Source: Phaeosaccion multiseriatum | Lineage: Eukaryota > Protista > Ochrophyta, other classes | DNA: 64,000 nt | Direction of reading: 5' to 3' | NCBI GenBank assembly: GCA_965112735.1 | Contig: OZ218958.1 | Span: 1,302,001-1,366,000, forward strand | In this document: in pieces, positions 35,167-47,488 of the stretch | Position numbering within the stretch: the first letter of the stretch is position 1 | Layout: each line of letters opens with the position of its first letter | Notes under the pieces: model-generated | Database searches by the model: none | Seen by the model: the letters and a program-made list of their open reading frames with translations, nothing else | Told to the model about the DNA's origin: nothing | Position numbers and translations under genes: made by a program

Positions 35167-38100
35167 TGTAAGCTGCGTGCGTGCCCCCTTCCATGCCCTG
35201 TAGGGACCCAGTTTGTAAACTGGCCCTATTTTTTAGTATATCTGGGCAAACCTTGAGTATCGCATATTGCGTCGTATATACTGCCCGACAGAGGCGTATA
35301 TGGGCGCTCAGGCTGGGATACGATGTAATATACGAGTATGCGACCTTTGGTTAGACGCATATGCGATTATGCGTTTCACATATTAGGGCATATGGTGTCG
35401 CATATTCTGAGTTAGTCTCGCGATCGTATATATATCTCTACCACCGCACTTGGTAGGCCCTCCATTGTCGCCACACATCCCGTACGCAGTCTTGAGTGCC
35501 TCCCCAGTGCTCCTTCAAGCTTCGGATGTTCGGACTTCTAGCGCTACAGATGGGCGACGTCGCATGGGGGTGGGTGGTCCTTCGCTATATTTTCGGTATA
35601 TTTCGGCCGTTCGAAGCGGATACACAGGGCTTTGGGAGCATGCAAGTGGTCGCATATTTTGAGAATATAAAAGGTACTACCAGCTCAGCAGCATAAATGG
35701 CCAATGTGTGCCCATATTCGTATATACTAAAAAGTACTTCCCATCGGCATATGAGAGAAGGGCAAGATCGCAAAGTCAAACTTCAATTTATTGATGTCTC
35801 GCATCCTCGGCAGTAAAGGGTGAAGGGCGTCGGAAGAGCGGGGGGAGACGGTCCCCTTCTCGGCAATGTAGGCCTGTTCCTTCTCTTCAATCTGTATCAC
35901 TCTCTGCGAAACGTTCAGGCCTGTCCCTCCCTCGCTTCGCATGCTTTGCATATCCAGCGTACGCTTGCCGGCGGGAGCCGGGCCAACGGAGGCTGTATGC
36001 AGTACGTTTCTCACACGCATCAGCCTCCTGGGTCGTCTCCGCCTTCAAGGACCTACAACGTCCCTCTTAAGGCGCACCCTGGCAGGTTCACACCTCCTGG
36101 AAGGGCTTTAATGCCACCGATGATACTTGGGAACCTTTGACCGTCATGAATGATGACCTTCCCGCTCTCTTGGGAGCAATTCCTCTCCTCTTTCCCTCGT
36201 CGCTCTTTGGCGGAGGACGCTAAACGCTTCCTTCGGTCTCGCGGCCCCTCGTCACGCCGACGCCCGCGAGGAGCAGGCCGCCGATAAGGAACCCTTCGGG
36301 AACCCTTTTTGGGTACTTTTATTATGAACATGTTCTCTCTCTCTCATCTTCTCTTTTAGCATTTAGTTTAGTCTTCTTAGTCGAGCTTCTCTCTCGAGGG
36401 GGAAGTGCTGCCCCTACAGCCTCCTCATTCATTGCCTTCGTACGTGTAACTGTCACCACGCAGTCTGCCGTATAACATTGTACAATAATACAATGTACAA
36501 TAGGTGGCTCACAGCCCACCGGGAGTAGTAGCCTGTGGCGCTCCCTCACTCTTAGCTTATCCACCCTAAAGCCAAAGGAGACTCGGCTCTTTACTGGAGC
36601 TGAGGCAAGGCCTCCAAACTTTACAACCTTGCACCCATCTCATAGATTATTGGCTCACTTTCCGACTTGCTAGCGATAGCAGGGTTGGCTACACTCGTCC
36701 CGCTTGGTTCTGAGGCGACCCCGGTTCCTGGTTCTGGCCGGCGCCAGCCGGCCTGGTTCCTGGCTGGTTCTACTCGGCGCCAGCCAGCCGGCCAGGCAGG
36801 TTCCAGGTTCTGACATGGCTGTAATAAGGCAATGATGAGGGCCAAGGTTGGTTCCTGGTTCTGGTCGGCGCCAGCCGGCCTGGTTCCTGCTTCTGGGCTG
36901 GCCTGTCTCAGAACCATGTTAGGGGCCGACTAGCCTACACGTAGCAATCAGCTTCCTCACTTCTTCCGACTGATGCAACTCGCTTCTCTGATCCAGCCAT
37001 CCTCGGCGTTCATGGAAAGGGTCTTCTTCACCCAGAATAGGGTGATCAGTCCTGGCCAAGCCAACATGAAGGAGGACTTGCTTCAGCTGACAGTGATGTT
37101 GTGTCACAACCGCGAGCATGCAGACACGGTAGGCTGGCCGCATTCGACGACGAACTGAGCAGACAAGTACTTGACCTTGCTTTAGCTGAGCAGCTTGCCG
37201 AGCTGCCGAGACGCGGGAGAGCTCTTGCGTCGGCGCAGGTCATTAGGAGCTTATCTGCTGCAGACAGAGAATGAACGTATATTTGAGCAAGTAACAAACG
37301 CATATATAGGGTGTCCGCACAACATACGCATATATATCATAAAACGCATATACTGGGTGTCGACAAAACACAATATGCGATTGTGCTTTCGCATATTGCT
37401 CTCCCCTCGAGTAGTATATACCCTTCTCCTATAGCATATGCGATTGCAATTTTTTCGGGCCCTGCGGGCGGCTGGTTAACTGGGTCCCTAATGCCCTGCC
37501 TCTCGTTCTTCTGTAGCCTGCGGTAGCCTGTGCTTATCGAGGTTGCCTGTGTATGCAGGCGTGCGATTTGGCTCCCTCCTGTGTGTAGCCAAGTGGCACC
37601 TCAGGCGTGAGCCTTCCTTACTTTTGCGGAGGAGGCCCCCCTCACCACACATGTGCTCCCTTCTCTTCTCTCCGGCCCCTCTGCTCCCTACGTTCCTTGC
37701 AGCTGCCCCTCTGTGGCCAATGCGAGCCAAGCTGATGTGAATGGCTGTATAGGTGAGGAAAGGGCAGAGCCTCACGCCCTCGCTTGCCCTGCTTCGGCCC
37801 CCTGTCGTGGAGAGCCCCCCTGGACGGCCATCCGAATGTCTCTCTTGTCGAAGCTGCTGACCACCAAACCGCTTGCTTGCTGCGCCTTCCCATCCCTGGC
37901 TTTGCTCTGCCCCCCCCCCCCCCCCTCTTTCTCTCTCTCTCCCCCTCTCTCTCTCTCTGCGCTGCTCTTTCCCCCTTCCTATAATCGCCTGTCACTGCTC
38001 GCTATCTCTGCGAACGGTGTATGGCACCCTCTTTCAGGCGATGGTGATGTCCGAGGAGACCCGATGGTATTCGGCTTCAAGCAGCAAATCTTCCTCTTCA

Positions 38101-38525
38101 AGGGAGCCCACAACGCTTGGTACGCTGCCTTGGCGGAGAAGCACTTGCAGTGGAACTGGAGGCTGTCGGTCTTCCCCTCCTGCGAGAACGGTGCCCAACC
38201 GGTGAGTCAAGAGCCGAGACACATTGGAGGGACTCGAGCCAGAGCCCCTAACGTCCCGACAATCGCTGGTGACTAGGAGGGAGAGTGCTCGCCCCTTGCA
38301 AGGGTGCTCGTGTTTTAGTCGTGCCTGTGCCCTCTAGCAATACCGTTTCCACCCTCTCGCCCGTCTTTGCTGCTTGGGGTGTCGTTTGTCGTGATCCTTT
38401 TCCCGCAGGGGTCGCTAAGCTACTTCTCGGGCGGAATGATCACTTTTCTCTGTCGTTTCATCTGTGAGCTCATTCTATTTCATCTCCTAAATCGCACGCG
38501 CGCACACACATACATACACATACAA

Positions 38526-38586
<61 letters not shown>

Positions 38587-39379
38587 GACGTATGTCACCG
38601 CCTCGGCCTTCACCTTCCCCCCCGGCCCGGACGGCGACAGCGATCAGGCCGTGGCGTCGAGAGTGCTGGTGGAGGTTCTCGACGTTGAGAAGTACAACCC
38701 CGACTACATTAAAGGAGAGCAAGTCAGCCCCAGTGCCGAGCAAATCTTGGGCTACGGCTCCCTGGGAGTCACCATCGACGACAAGCACATTGTCAAGCCG
38801 GGGCTCTACCGCATGGCCAACGGCGGCACGGTCATGGCGTTCAACGCCTACGGCCCCTGTCAAGTCAAGCGCGACCTCCACATGATGGAGGAGCTCAACG
38901 AGGCGGAAAGGCTCAAGACCTCTCGCCATCTCTCGGAGATGGCAATGGATGACGATCTTGCGGCGCTGCTGGCCGTGGAGTCCCGCCTGCACAAGGCCGA
39001 GGATAGGCCCCTCTGTGAGGCGTGGATCGCGGAAAAGCGCGTCCAGAGAGACCTCTTCACCTCACCCGGGTCGTGGGCGAGTGTGTACATGTTCACCGAC
39101 ACGTACTCCTTCCAGGTGGACTACCGCCAGGAGATCGAGCGGTGCTACGCTCACGTACTCGACGTTGGGTTCATCCACAAGCCTAATGACGTCGGAGTGG
39201 AGCGCTGGAGCGGGGTAATGGGAGAGACACAGAGCCTGAGACTCGACAGCGAAGGCAAGCCCATTGTGAGAGAGCGTGACCTGATCCTCTCCTCCTCCAA
39301 GGACGAGGACTACGTCGTGGACGGGCCCTGGGGAAGGGACTTTGTGTCCCGTTTGGACAGCACCTGGGAGCCGAAGTGA
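30403..39379 (+). CDS. Gene B: secreted Cys-rich 19-aa-repeat + TSP3-repeat + GDP-motif (VWD-like) protein, about 640 aa, 19 exons
   Basis: Exons 30403-30490 ([29 protein letters not shown], signal peptide), 30666-30769, 31122-31136, 31350-31388, 31664-31720 (GC donor), 31909-31965, 32168-32224, 32428-32484, 32657-32722, 32887-32948, 33190-33233, 33459-33495, 33848-33906, 34180-34216, 34513-34581 ([23 protein letters not shown]), 34828-34896, 37703-37752, 38038-38201 ([23 protein letters not shown]), 38588-39379. They sum to 1923 nt in one open frame. Confidence 0.88.
35201..37490 (+). mobile_element. Non-autonomous hAT transposon in an intron of gene B
   Basis: 13-bp TIR TAGGGACCCAGTT; 8-bp TSD ATGCCCTG (35193-35200 and 37491-37498); empty site in the paralogous intron at ~2541; remnant [12 protein letters not shown] dimerisation motif at ~36990. 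Confidence 0.92.
36706..36929. mobile_element. MITE of the TCGGCCCCTGA family nested in the hAT (one end truncated)
   Basis: Ends ggttctgaggcgacc and gtctcagaaccatgttaggggccga, plus internal aaggcaatgatgagggccaagg, are shared with 20604/27852 and 57782-57950. Confidence 0.75.
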
Positions 39380-40134
39380 GCTTGGTTCGAGGAGCGGAAA
39401 CGCAGCGAAGGAGGGTGCGTGGTGCGGGTTCTCTCGCCCGCCGAGCTGAGCCGCTGCGCAGAGGGTAGGGGGGGGGTGCAACTTTCTTCATTTTATATAC
39501 TTTTGGGGGTGGAGGGGGGCAGGGTTGGGAGCTTTGCTTGACCATTGACGAGTTGGCGAGCTGTGGAACGAATTTGACGGAAGCAAAGCGCCCAAGTCAG
39601 AAGGGGTTGTGCAATCTCATCATACTTTAGGGACCCGTTGAAGCACTTCCATTGTTTTAGCGTCGGTGAGTGTCAGGGGGGGGGGGGGGGGGGTCTTTAA
39701 GCTTGGGCGAGAGGCGTGAGCGCTGGTCGCAGAGGAGGAGGCCAGCGGGGCACGTGACGTCCGTTTAGAGAGGGGTGGGTAGCGTAGAAATTGCCGTGAG
39801 TCAGGGGGGGGTTGTAGCATAGAGGCGAGGCGTGAGGGACGACAGTCATGTCATCTCCGTCGTGACAGGGGTAGGCAGCGTAGGGAGAGAAAGAAGACGC
39901 CGCAAGACTTGTGAAACTGTGACTGCCATGGCAGTACGGTGAGAGGTGTTCCCATTCAATTCAAACTTCAATTATCCGTTGGCGTTGCCGTTGGCTCGGG
40001 CGGCGTGTATCCGTGTGCATCGAAAGAGGAGGTCTTCAAATCAATCCATCAATCAACCACGCATGCACTCCCTTCATGTTTAGCCCCAACTGGTGCCACT
40101 GCTGCTACTGCTACTGCTGCTGCTGCTGCTGTTG

Positions 40135-40530
40135 TTGCCGCTGGAACCACGACCGCACCTCTGCCACATCCGGCACACCCGATAAGTTACTCCCCACGGC
40201 GGCGACGGTAGGCGGGCTCGCCATGAGCCGCCGGCCCACTCGCATGATGTCCTCGGCCGTGGTGTCCTCAATTTTGCGACTCACGTCCTCCACCGGCTCT
40301 CGCTTCCCGTAGCTAGGCCAGAATCTGACTGCCAATGTCCTCAAACAACACCACTCGGCTCTCCAGCTGCGTGAGAATGTTGCACTGTAGCATGCTCTTG
40401 TTGGCCCGCTCGAGCTGCGCGTGCTTCATGGGTTCCCTGGCCAGCTCGTCTCAGTGCTGCAGGAGCAGGATGTGAAGCATTTCTCTCGCGCCGCCCATCA
40501 TCCATCATGCGCTTCCCTGGATGCTGCAGG
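40135..40530 (-). pseudogene. Mitochondrial processing peptidase alpha subunit C-terminal fragment, copy 2
   Basis: SMLQCNILTQLESRVVLFEDIGSQILA/YGKREPVEDVSRKIEDTTAEDIMRVGRRLMASPPTVAAVG..VPDVAEVRSWF, with a 4-bp insertion. Confidence 0.75.
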
Positions 40531-41431
40531 TCGGGTGATAGCTAGAAAGCGTACGGCTGTGCTGCTGAGGTTATGGGTTGACAAAAGAAACCCTCCTCCT
40601 CCTCTCCTCCTCCTCCTCCTCCTCCTCTACCTCCTTCCTCGCGGCGGTAGTGCCGACAAGAAGTGAAGAGGCGGCGACAACAGAGCAGCGCAGAGCACTG
40701 CACAGCAGGCCAAGGATACAGCATCATGAAGAGGACGGTCACGCACGCACACACACAAACAAGTTGCGCACACCACCACGAAAGAGAGAGAGAGAGAGGG
40801 AGAGGGAGAGACAGACAGAGGCGCAGACAGACCGAGAGCCGATGCCATCGCAATCCCTCTCAGCCCACCACGCACACAAAATCACCAGCAGAAACTTCGG
40901 GTTCAGCACGCCAGCTTCCCCCACTTATTGCCCCGTGGCTTTCACCACTACATCCACTACCATCATTTGCCACCTCCTCTTACCATCCCATCCGTTTCCA
41001 TGCACAAGCATCAACTGCCAGCCAGAAATTACCATCCACCATCCAGCCACTCTTTACCTGCGAGGCTCATGAAGCAACTCGTCGTGCTGCACCCCGCCTG
41101 CTGCGACGAGTACCCTATTCGGAGCAAAGAAGAAGTCGGATCGGTGCTCATGCAAGTGAGACACCTGCAGGTGATGAGGATGCCCGTTCTCCGTCGCTGG
41201 ATGTAGATGATGCGAAGGATAGGTAGGCAGCTAGAGATTGTGTGTGTATGCGTCAGTCGGCAGTCGTGTGAGACTACCACGGCTAGCAAAGACTGGGGCA
41301 ATACGATGCGCTGTGGGTTTCTGTCGGAACCCTGTAGTTCACAGTTGGCTTGGTACTTCCAACAGCAGGTCAAGCGAGACGCTCGGGAGGGCAGAGGTGG
41401 CTGGGATCGACCCAGCGGCTGGTTGGGGTAG

Positions 41432-43916
41432 TTAGGCTGCGGCCATGATGGCCTCGCGGAGTATAATGTCGCCGCCAATGTCTCCGGAGTACGCCATGAT
41501 GTTGCGCTTCTGCTCTGCCAACTGTTGCTGATTTGTTCGGGAGTTCGGAAGTTGGGTGGGTGTGAGAATGGGTAGGCAGGCAGCCAGGGTATAGCTAGAA
41601 GTGAGGAGAGTAGGGGGGGGGGGGTTGTGACTCACATACTCATTCACTCACTCCCTCATTTAGGTTCTCGCGGTCTCACTCAATCACTCAGTCACGGGCC
41701 GTACTCCTCAGTCACGTACTCACTCACATACTCACTCGCGTACTCACTCGCGGTATCGATCTGCGCCTTACGGGTCCAGTATACACTATCCTTTTCGAAG
41801 GCCTAAAGCTTTTTGCGCCCCGAGTGGGAGGAGGTGCGTAGACTAGAAGTAGCGTCCCTCTTCCTCTCTTTGTTGTCCTCTCCTCCTGTGACGACAGTGG
41901 GAAAGAATTAAGTAGTCTTTAACATTACACTCCCCTAGCTAGTGGCTGGTGGTGCTGGTGCTCAGCGGTGCCGCCACGTCCCCCAAGCCAGTAGCTAGTA
42001 TTTCCGCCAGCTGAGGCGCTCACCACAGGGGAAAGGCCGTACGGAGCAGGGCCTTGCCGATGTCTCTCACCGCCTTGCTCGTGCTCTTCTCCTTCTTGTT
42101 CTTGTTCTTGTTGTTGTTGTTCTTGCCACCTCCAGTGCCGTTGTGGCCTTTCCTGCTGTCATTGCTCTCCTTCTCCTCCTCCTTCTCCCCCTCCCCAAGA
42201 AGCTCTGCAAGCTCTCTAGCGATGCGCCGCTTCGAGGGGCTGACACTCTCGCCCCCACCAGCCCCCTTGCTCTCATCCCTGCCCCCGTTTCTAACCTCCC
42301 CCATCTCCTCCTCCTTCTCCTCCTTCTCCTCACCCGGCCCCTCATTCTCCCCTTCTTCCTCCGCCTCCTCCGCCGCGAGCGCTAGTAACCTCGCTTCCTC
42401 CCACTCAAGCTCCCCCCAGTTCCTCTCGATGCGCAACTTCATGGGGTCCGTAGTTTCTGCCCGGAGCTGCTCTCTCTCCTTGCGCATCTTTGCAAGGTTC
42501 ATAGTCTCGCCCTCCTGAGCTCCCTTCAAGTAGATGCGCAGAGAGTCGAGACATGGAGGAGAGCGCGCGAGCGAGGGTCGAGCAAGGGAGGAGCGAACGT
42601 GAGGGTCGAGCGATCAAGGAGAGAAGCGATAGGGTCGAGCGAGGGAGGAGGAGCGAACGCGATCGTCGAGCGAGCAAACGACCGAAAGAAGCACCACAGC
42701 AGGGAAGACGTGACTGCGAATGGAGGGATCTGCGTGTATCCGAATACGTGCAGTGACGGCGCAGTGACATGCCTTCACACTTTACTCGTCGAGACGTACC
42801 TCCTCCTTCACTGCGCCAACCTCAACCACGCCCTTGTTCTTCCGGGTCCGCCTGTTCTTGGGGCCTTTGTTTACCGGGTTCCGCCCATACCGCACCAGCC
42901 CACGGAGGAGTGACGGAAGCAGTACGGCGCAAGGAGGAGTGGCAGCGACAGAGCGAAGAGAGGTGAGCAGCGCCGAAGCAAACCACCAGCAGCAAGAAAG
43001 AAGGGACGAAAGAACGTGGGCATGACGTAGTCCGGGTGTTCGCAATGAAGCAAAGCATCGATCCCTCCCCGACAAGGCAAGACTCGAGCGTGCACTCTAG
43101 CTAGTCGGTGAGAAGGGTTCATGTGACAGTGGAGCCAACAAGCTACCACCCGCATCCGACAGAGAGAAAGACAGAGAGACAGAGCGACAGGCACGCTCAT
43201 CTCGCACCTCCTCTCTGCATGTAGAAAACGCTCTCCTGCTTGATCACGGGAGGGGCAAAGCAAAGTCAGGGGCAAAGACAGCTTCAAAAGGACGAGGGAT
43301 GAACGTCGGCGAGCGAGGGGGATAGTGAACAGACGGTGAGACTTGGGAATTCAAGCGTCGGGTATCTGCAGCCAGCTTAAACGAGTTCACTCCGCCTATA
43401 CATGCTATCTCGCTCAAATATGTCTTCTCAAGCAATGCTCGGAGTAGGCAAGCCCTACTCCCCTTACCAGAGGAATTGGACCTCCGCTCTGCCAAGCTCC
43501 CATGGACCTTCAAGTCCAGCGACGATGTGAGCGTAGAGGGGAAAGGCAAGGGGAGCGGGGGATTAGTGCGGCTGCTCAGAGGAGCTGCGGTCTTTCCCCC
43601 GCCCGCGCGGCCAACCGGATTGGAAGCCTTTCGTGCCCAACTCCCCCACCAGACTCTTCTTCTTGCCCTCATTGTGACTCCCTCACCGCTTCATCGCCTC
43701 CCCCCGGTCATCTTGGTGCATTCCGCGTGGCACGTAGCCTCTGGCTGATGCGCCGGAGGTAGTGCGGCTCTTCCCCCCCCGTGTGCTCCAATAGCTTGAA
43801 CTCTGAGGACTTGTCTCGTTGACTCCTGCGGCGGCAGGAGGGACGAAGGCGGCGGCGCCATTCACTAGCCACACACTACACACTGCAAGGAGACTGCTGA
43901 CCATGGTTTTTATCAT
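41432..43916 (-). CDS. Multi-exon hypothetical protein, probably plastid-targeted
   Basis: First exon MVSSLLAVCSVWLVNGAAA-FVPP (signal peptide + F); exons ..GVVEVGAVKEE | GAQEGETMNLAK.. join in phase; terminal exon LAEQKRNIMAYSGDIGGDIILREAIMAAA*. Some internal junctions are unresolved. Confidence 0.5.
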
Positions 43917-44440
43917 ATTCGCTGCCCCTCTTTTGGGAGCTATGCAAGGAACTCACAGATGTGGACAACCAACATGGGAACTGCCACACGCGGACAAGCG
44001 AAGGCTGGGGTGCTTGCGCTCTCTGTCTAGTGACTGGACTGGCCTATACGTAAGAGAGATGGCAGATGCTGCATGTGAGGTATACTCGGAGTCCAGGAAG
44101 CAGCACAGACGGACGGGGGGGGGGAGGGGGGGGGGTGAGGGCACCCACACGCGAACTGGATGTGTCGAAGGTGGTGGGGGGTCACTCTTGCTGTAGTGAG
44201 AGCGTGGTAGGACGTGGAGGGAGGAGGGGCGGGGTGGTGGGTGGTGGAGGGTTGCTTGGACCACTGCTGGGGGCGGGGGAGTAGGGGGTGGGTGGGTGAG
44301 AGGAAGGGTTGAGTTGGCAGCGGGTGATCATTTGCTTTCAAAACGAGAGCAGAGATCTATATATAGCGTAGCTGCATGCCTTCTCCATTGCGATACGCAC
44401 AATGCACAAAACTAGTCAAGTTGCGGGGGGGCAGAAGGGC

Positions 44441-44556
44441 TCGACCCCTGACGCACTATCCGCTAGCGCCGGCGCCAGTCGGCGCGCTATCCGCTATCGC
44501 CGGTGCCAGCCGATCCGCTATCCGCTATCGAGAATGTGGGCGATTGCGTCAGGGGG
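44441..44556. mobile_element. MITE-like element with TCGACCCCTGA terminus and gctatccgctatcgccgg subrepeats
   Basis: Matches 62535-62757; a further right terminus cgtcaggggtcga ends at 45598. Confidence 0.65.
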
Positions 44557-44603
44557 TAACTTTATTGACTTAATAGGAATCACCTAAGAAACTGAAAGTG
44601 TGA

Positions 44604-44606
<3 letters not shown>

Positions 44607-44643
<37 letters not shown>

Positions 44644-45540
44644 GTGTCGCTGTGTCTCCGGGGCCCTCGAGGGGCCGGTTACTCCCCCTCTAGGGCGGGG
44701 AGGGGGAGTGCGGGACCGGCTCCGCGGTTGAGCCGACCCAGGAAGGCGCGCTCCCGCTCCGAGAGCCACATCTGGTGGCTGCAGCTGACGAGGCGGCGTA
44801 GTCTTGTCAGGACGTGGCCCTTGGTGGTGGAGGAGCCCGTGCGGCCAGTGCGGGTGACCACGTGCTCGGCGAGTGCGTGCAGGAGCGATTGCGCCTGTGC
44901 GCCGAGTCGGCCGTGGGTCTCGATGGCGAAGGTGGAGAGGCGAACACGCTCTCGGTCGTAGGTGCCCCTGTAGTGTCGCTCCTTGCGGGTCTCGCTGTTG
45001 GCGGCTGCCGCTCCCGGTCTAATGTCCGTGCGGAGCACATTCAAGGCCGTCCTGCAGAGGTTGTTACTCAGGGTTAGGTCAAGCATATGCGCCGGGTGGG
45101 CAAAGGTTGGGTCGCGGGCTCCGGAGAGGGCGCCTCGGGGGAGGGTGGCGTCCATGCGGAAGGTCCGGGCGATGTTGTGCGGGGGGTTGAAGAACTCCGA
45201 GCTCTCGTGTCCGACGCGGGAAACGTAGTTCTGCTTGAACATGTCCTCGACGGAGGAGAGCATCCCGGTGTGGTAGAGAGTGCTCTGGTTGGGGCACTGG
45301 ATGGCGTGAGAGGAGTCGGCGCGTGTGTTGCAGCGGGTGCAGACTAGTGCGTCGGGTTCTCCAGGGCTGTAAAGGCAGTTGATGCCGAGGGAGCGTCGTA
45401 GGGCCCCTACCATGTCTTGGGCCGGCATGGAGACCTGTCCAGGTGAGGTGGCGATGAAGCCCATGGCCCCGTCGCTGCTCTGGCTCAGGTGCCGAGACTT
45501 GGCCTGTCGGCGAGACTCCATGCCGGTATCGGCAGCAGCA
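44607..45540 (-). mobile_element. 5'-truncated RLE-type non-LTR retrotransposon with (CA)n tail
   Basis: ORF 44679-45521: LRRSLG, CTRC..HAIQC, RMD, LDLT, KERHY, FAIETHGRLG; CA repeat just after the stop. Confidence 0.85.
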
Positions 45541-46084
45541 GCGTCGTCGGGGAGTCGGTCCAGTGAGGCGCGGTACGTCAGGGGTCGAAAAGGCGCGAAA
45601 ACACTTCGTCGTCTGTGAATAGTATTCTACCTCCCCGAAACCGAAACGGGCACGTCGTTCCCACATGTCATAGCGCAAAAACAGCAAGAGCACAAGAAAA
45701 GCAGTCGGCTTTGCCCCCTGGCTCGCTTAGAAATAGCTGCCTCTTTTCTGCGTCTTGTCACGTGGGAAGGCAGTGGGCGGTGCCACTCGTGGCGGCTGGG
45801 CCTGGAGACCAGCCACCGGGTGGTGCGCTGAGAGGCAGGGGAAGGGAGGAAGATAAATGGGGCTGTGCGGGAGTAGCGAAAGGGGCGATGGGGGGAATGT
45901 GAGTGGGGGAAGTGCCAAGGCGAGCCACAAGTTCAGCGGCGAGGCATCACTGGCTCCTGTTGGGGGCAGCTCCGGGACAGCGGCCCTGATAATTGTGGCA
46001 AGCCGCATTTCAGATGAAGCTCTGTGGGGACTTTGTAAGGATGTGGATGAAGCCACCTCCCGCACTCTGCTGATTGACCCCAGA

Positions 46085-46395
46085 ATGCCCCAGGATGTCA
46101 TACTACGTTTTCTGCGTATGCTGAAGCAGCAGAAGAAGCAAGGGGAAGAGCGTGTCGCCGCTCTACCTTATTCAGATGCTACGAAAGTTGCTCCTGCTGC
46201 AAGCGAGGGAAGGGGTATCGGGGAGGGGGTGCGAGCGTTGGAGAGGGCTCGAGCTAGGCTGCCGCTGCTGCTGGCGGGAAGAATTGCGAAGCTGAAGCAC
46301 AAGGACACCGGACATTGTTTCTTTCGCGTTACAGCCATGAAGTTTGGCGGCGTCACGTTCATGGGCTACTTGGTTGGTGACAACTACAAGCCGAG

Positions 46396-46437
<42 letters not shown>

Positions 46438-47488
46438 TGCTGCTCAGGAGGAGGATGAGGCTCTCACCAGGAAAGTCTTGTCGCTGTTACCATCATCTGT
46501 CAAACGCGTGTCTTTCACAATGACGTTCAATTGGGCCCCCGTAGCTCTACCAAGCACAGTGGAGGAGGTATTCTTCGGTGGTGGCTTTAACTTTCCTCTG
46601 GCTCTTCCCGCTTTGCTGAAGAAGATCACATTTAACGAAGGGTTCAATGAGCAAATCGTCCTTCCTTGCGGTGTGGAGGAGGTGGAGATGGGTAGGGACT
46701 TTAACCTCCCTTTGGCCCTACCTGCCTCGCTGAAGAAGATCACATTTAGCGGAAGGTTTAAACCGCACGTGGTCCTTCCTTGTGGTGTGGAGGAGGTGGA
46801 GATGGGTAGGCACTTTAACATCCCTTTGGCTCTGCCTGCCTCGCTGAAGAAGATCAAATTTGGTCTCGACTTCAAGCAGCACGTGGTCCTTCCATGCGGT
46901 GTGGAGGAGGTGGACATGGGAGTTGAGTTTAACCTCCCTCTGGACCTGCCTCCTTCGCTGAAGAAGATCAACTTTGGCAGTCGATTTAATCAGCACGTGG
47001 TCCTTCCTTGTGGTGTGGAGGAGGTGGACATGGGGTGGGACTTTAACCTCCCTCTGTCCCTGCCCGCTTCGCTGAAGAAGATCAGATTTAGCGGAAGGTT
47101 CAATCAGCACGTGGTCCTTCCTTGCGGTGTTGAAGAGGTGGACATGGGACGGGCCTTTAACCTCCCTCTGCACCTGCCTGCCACATTGAAGAAGATCACA
47201 TTTGGCAGGATCTCGCAATTCAATCAGCACGTGGTCCTTCCTTGTGGTGTGGAGGAGGTGGACATGGGTTGGGCCTTTAACCTTCCTGTGGACCTACCTG
47301 CCTCGCTGAAGAAGATCAGATTTGGCCCTTTCTTCAATCAGGACGTGGTCTTTCCTTTTGGCGTGGAGGAGGTGGAGATGGGGTCTGCAAGTCTCCCTCT
47401 CCCTCTGGACCTTCCCGCCTCCCTCAAGAAGGTCAAATTGTATTCGGGGCTGGACAAGGTTACAGTGTGCGCCGGCCATAATCAGTAA
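46085..47488 (+). CDS. Intronless FNIP-like (LRR-related) repeat protein
   Basis: Alternating 19-aa repeats LPASLKKIxFxxxFNQHVV and LPCGVEEVDMGxxFNLPLx with a 114-bp period. ATG at 46085 is in frame with ORF 45857-47488; the true start is uncertain. Confidence 0.85.

Noticed and set aside
36331-36625. Possible solo LTR inside the hAT
   Set aside because: TG..CA ends only, with no TSD, PBS or second copy.
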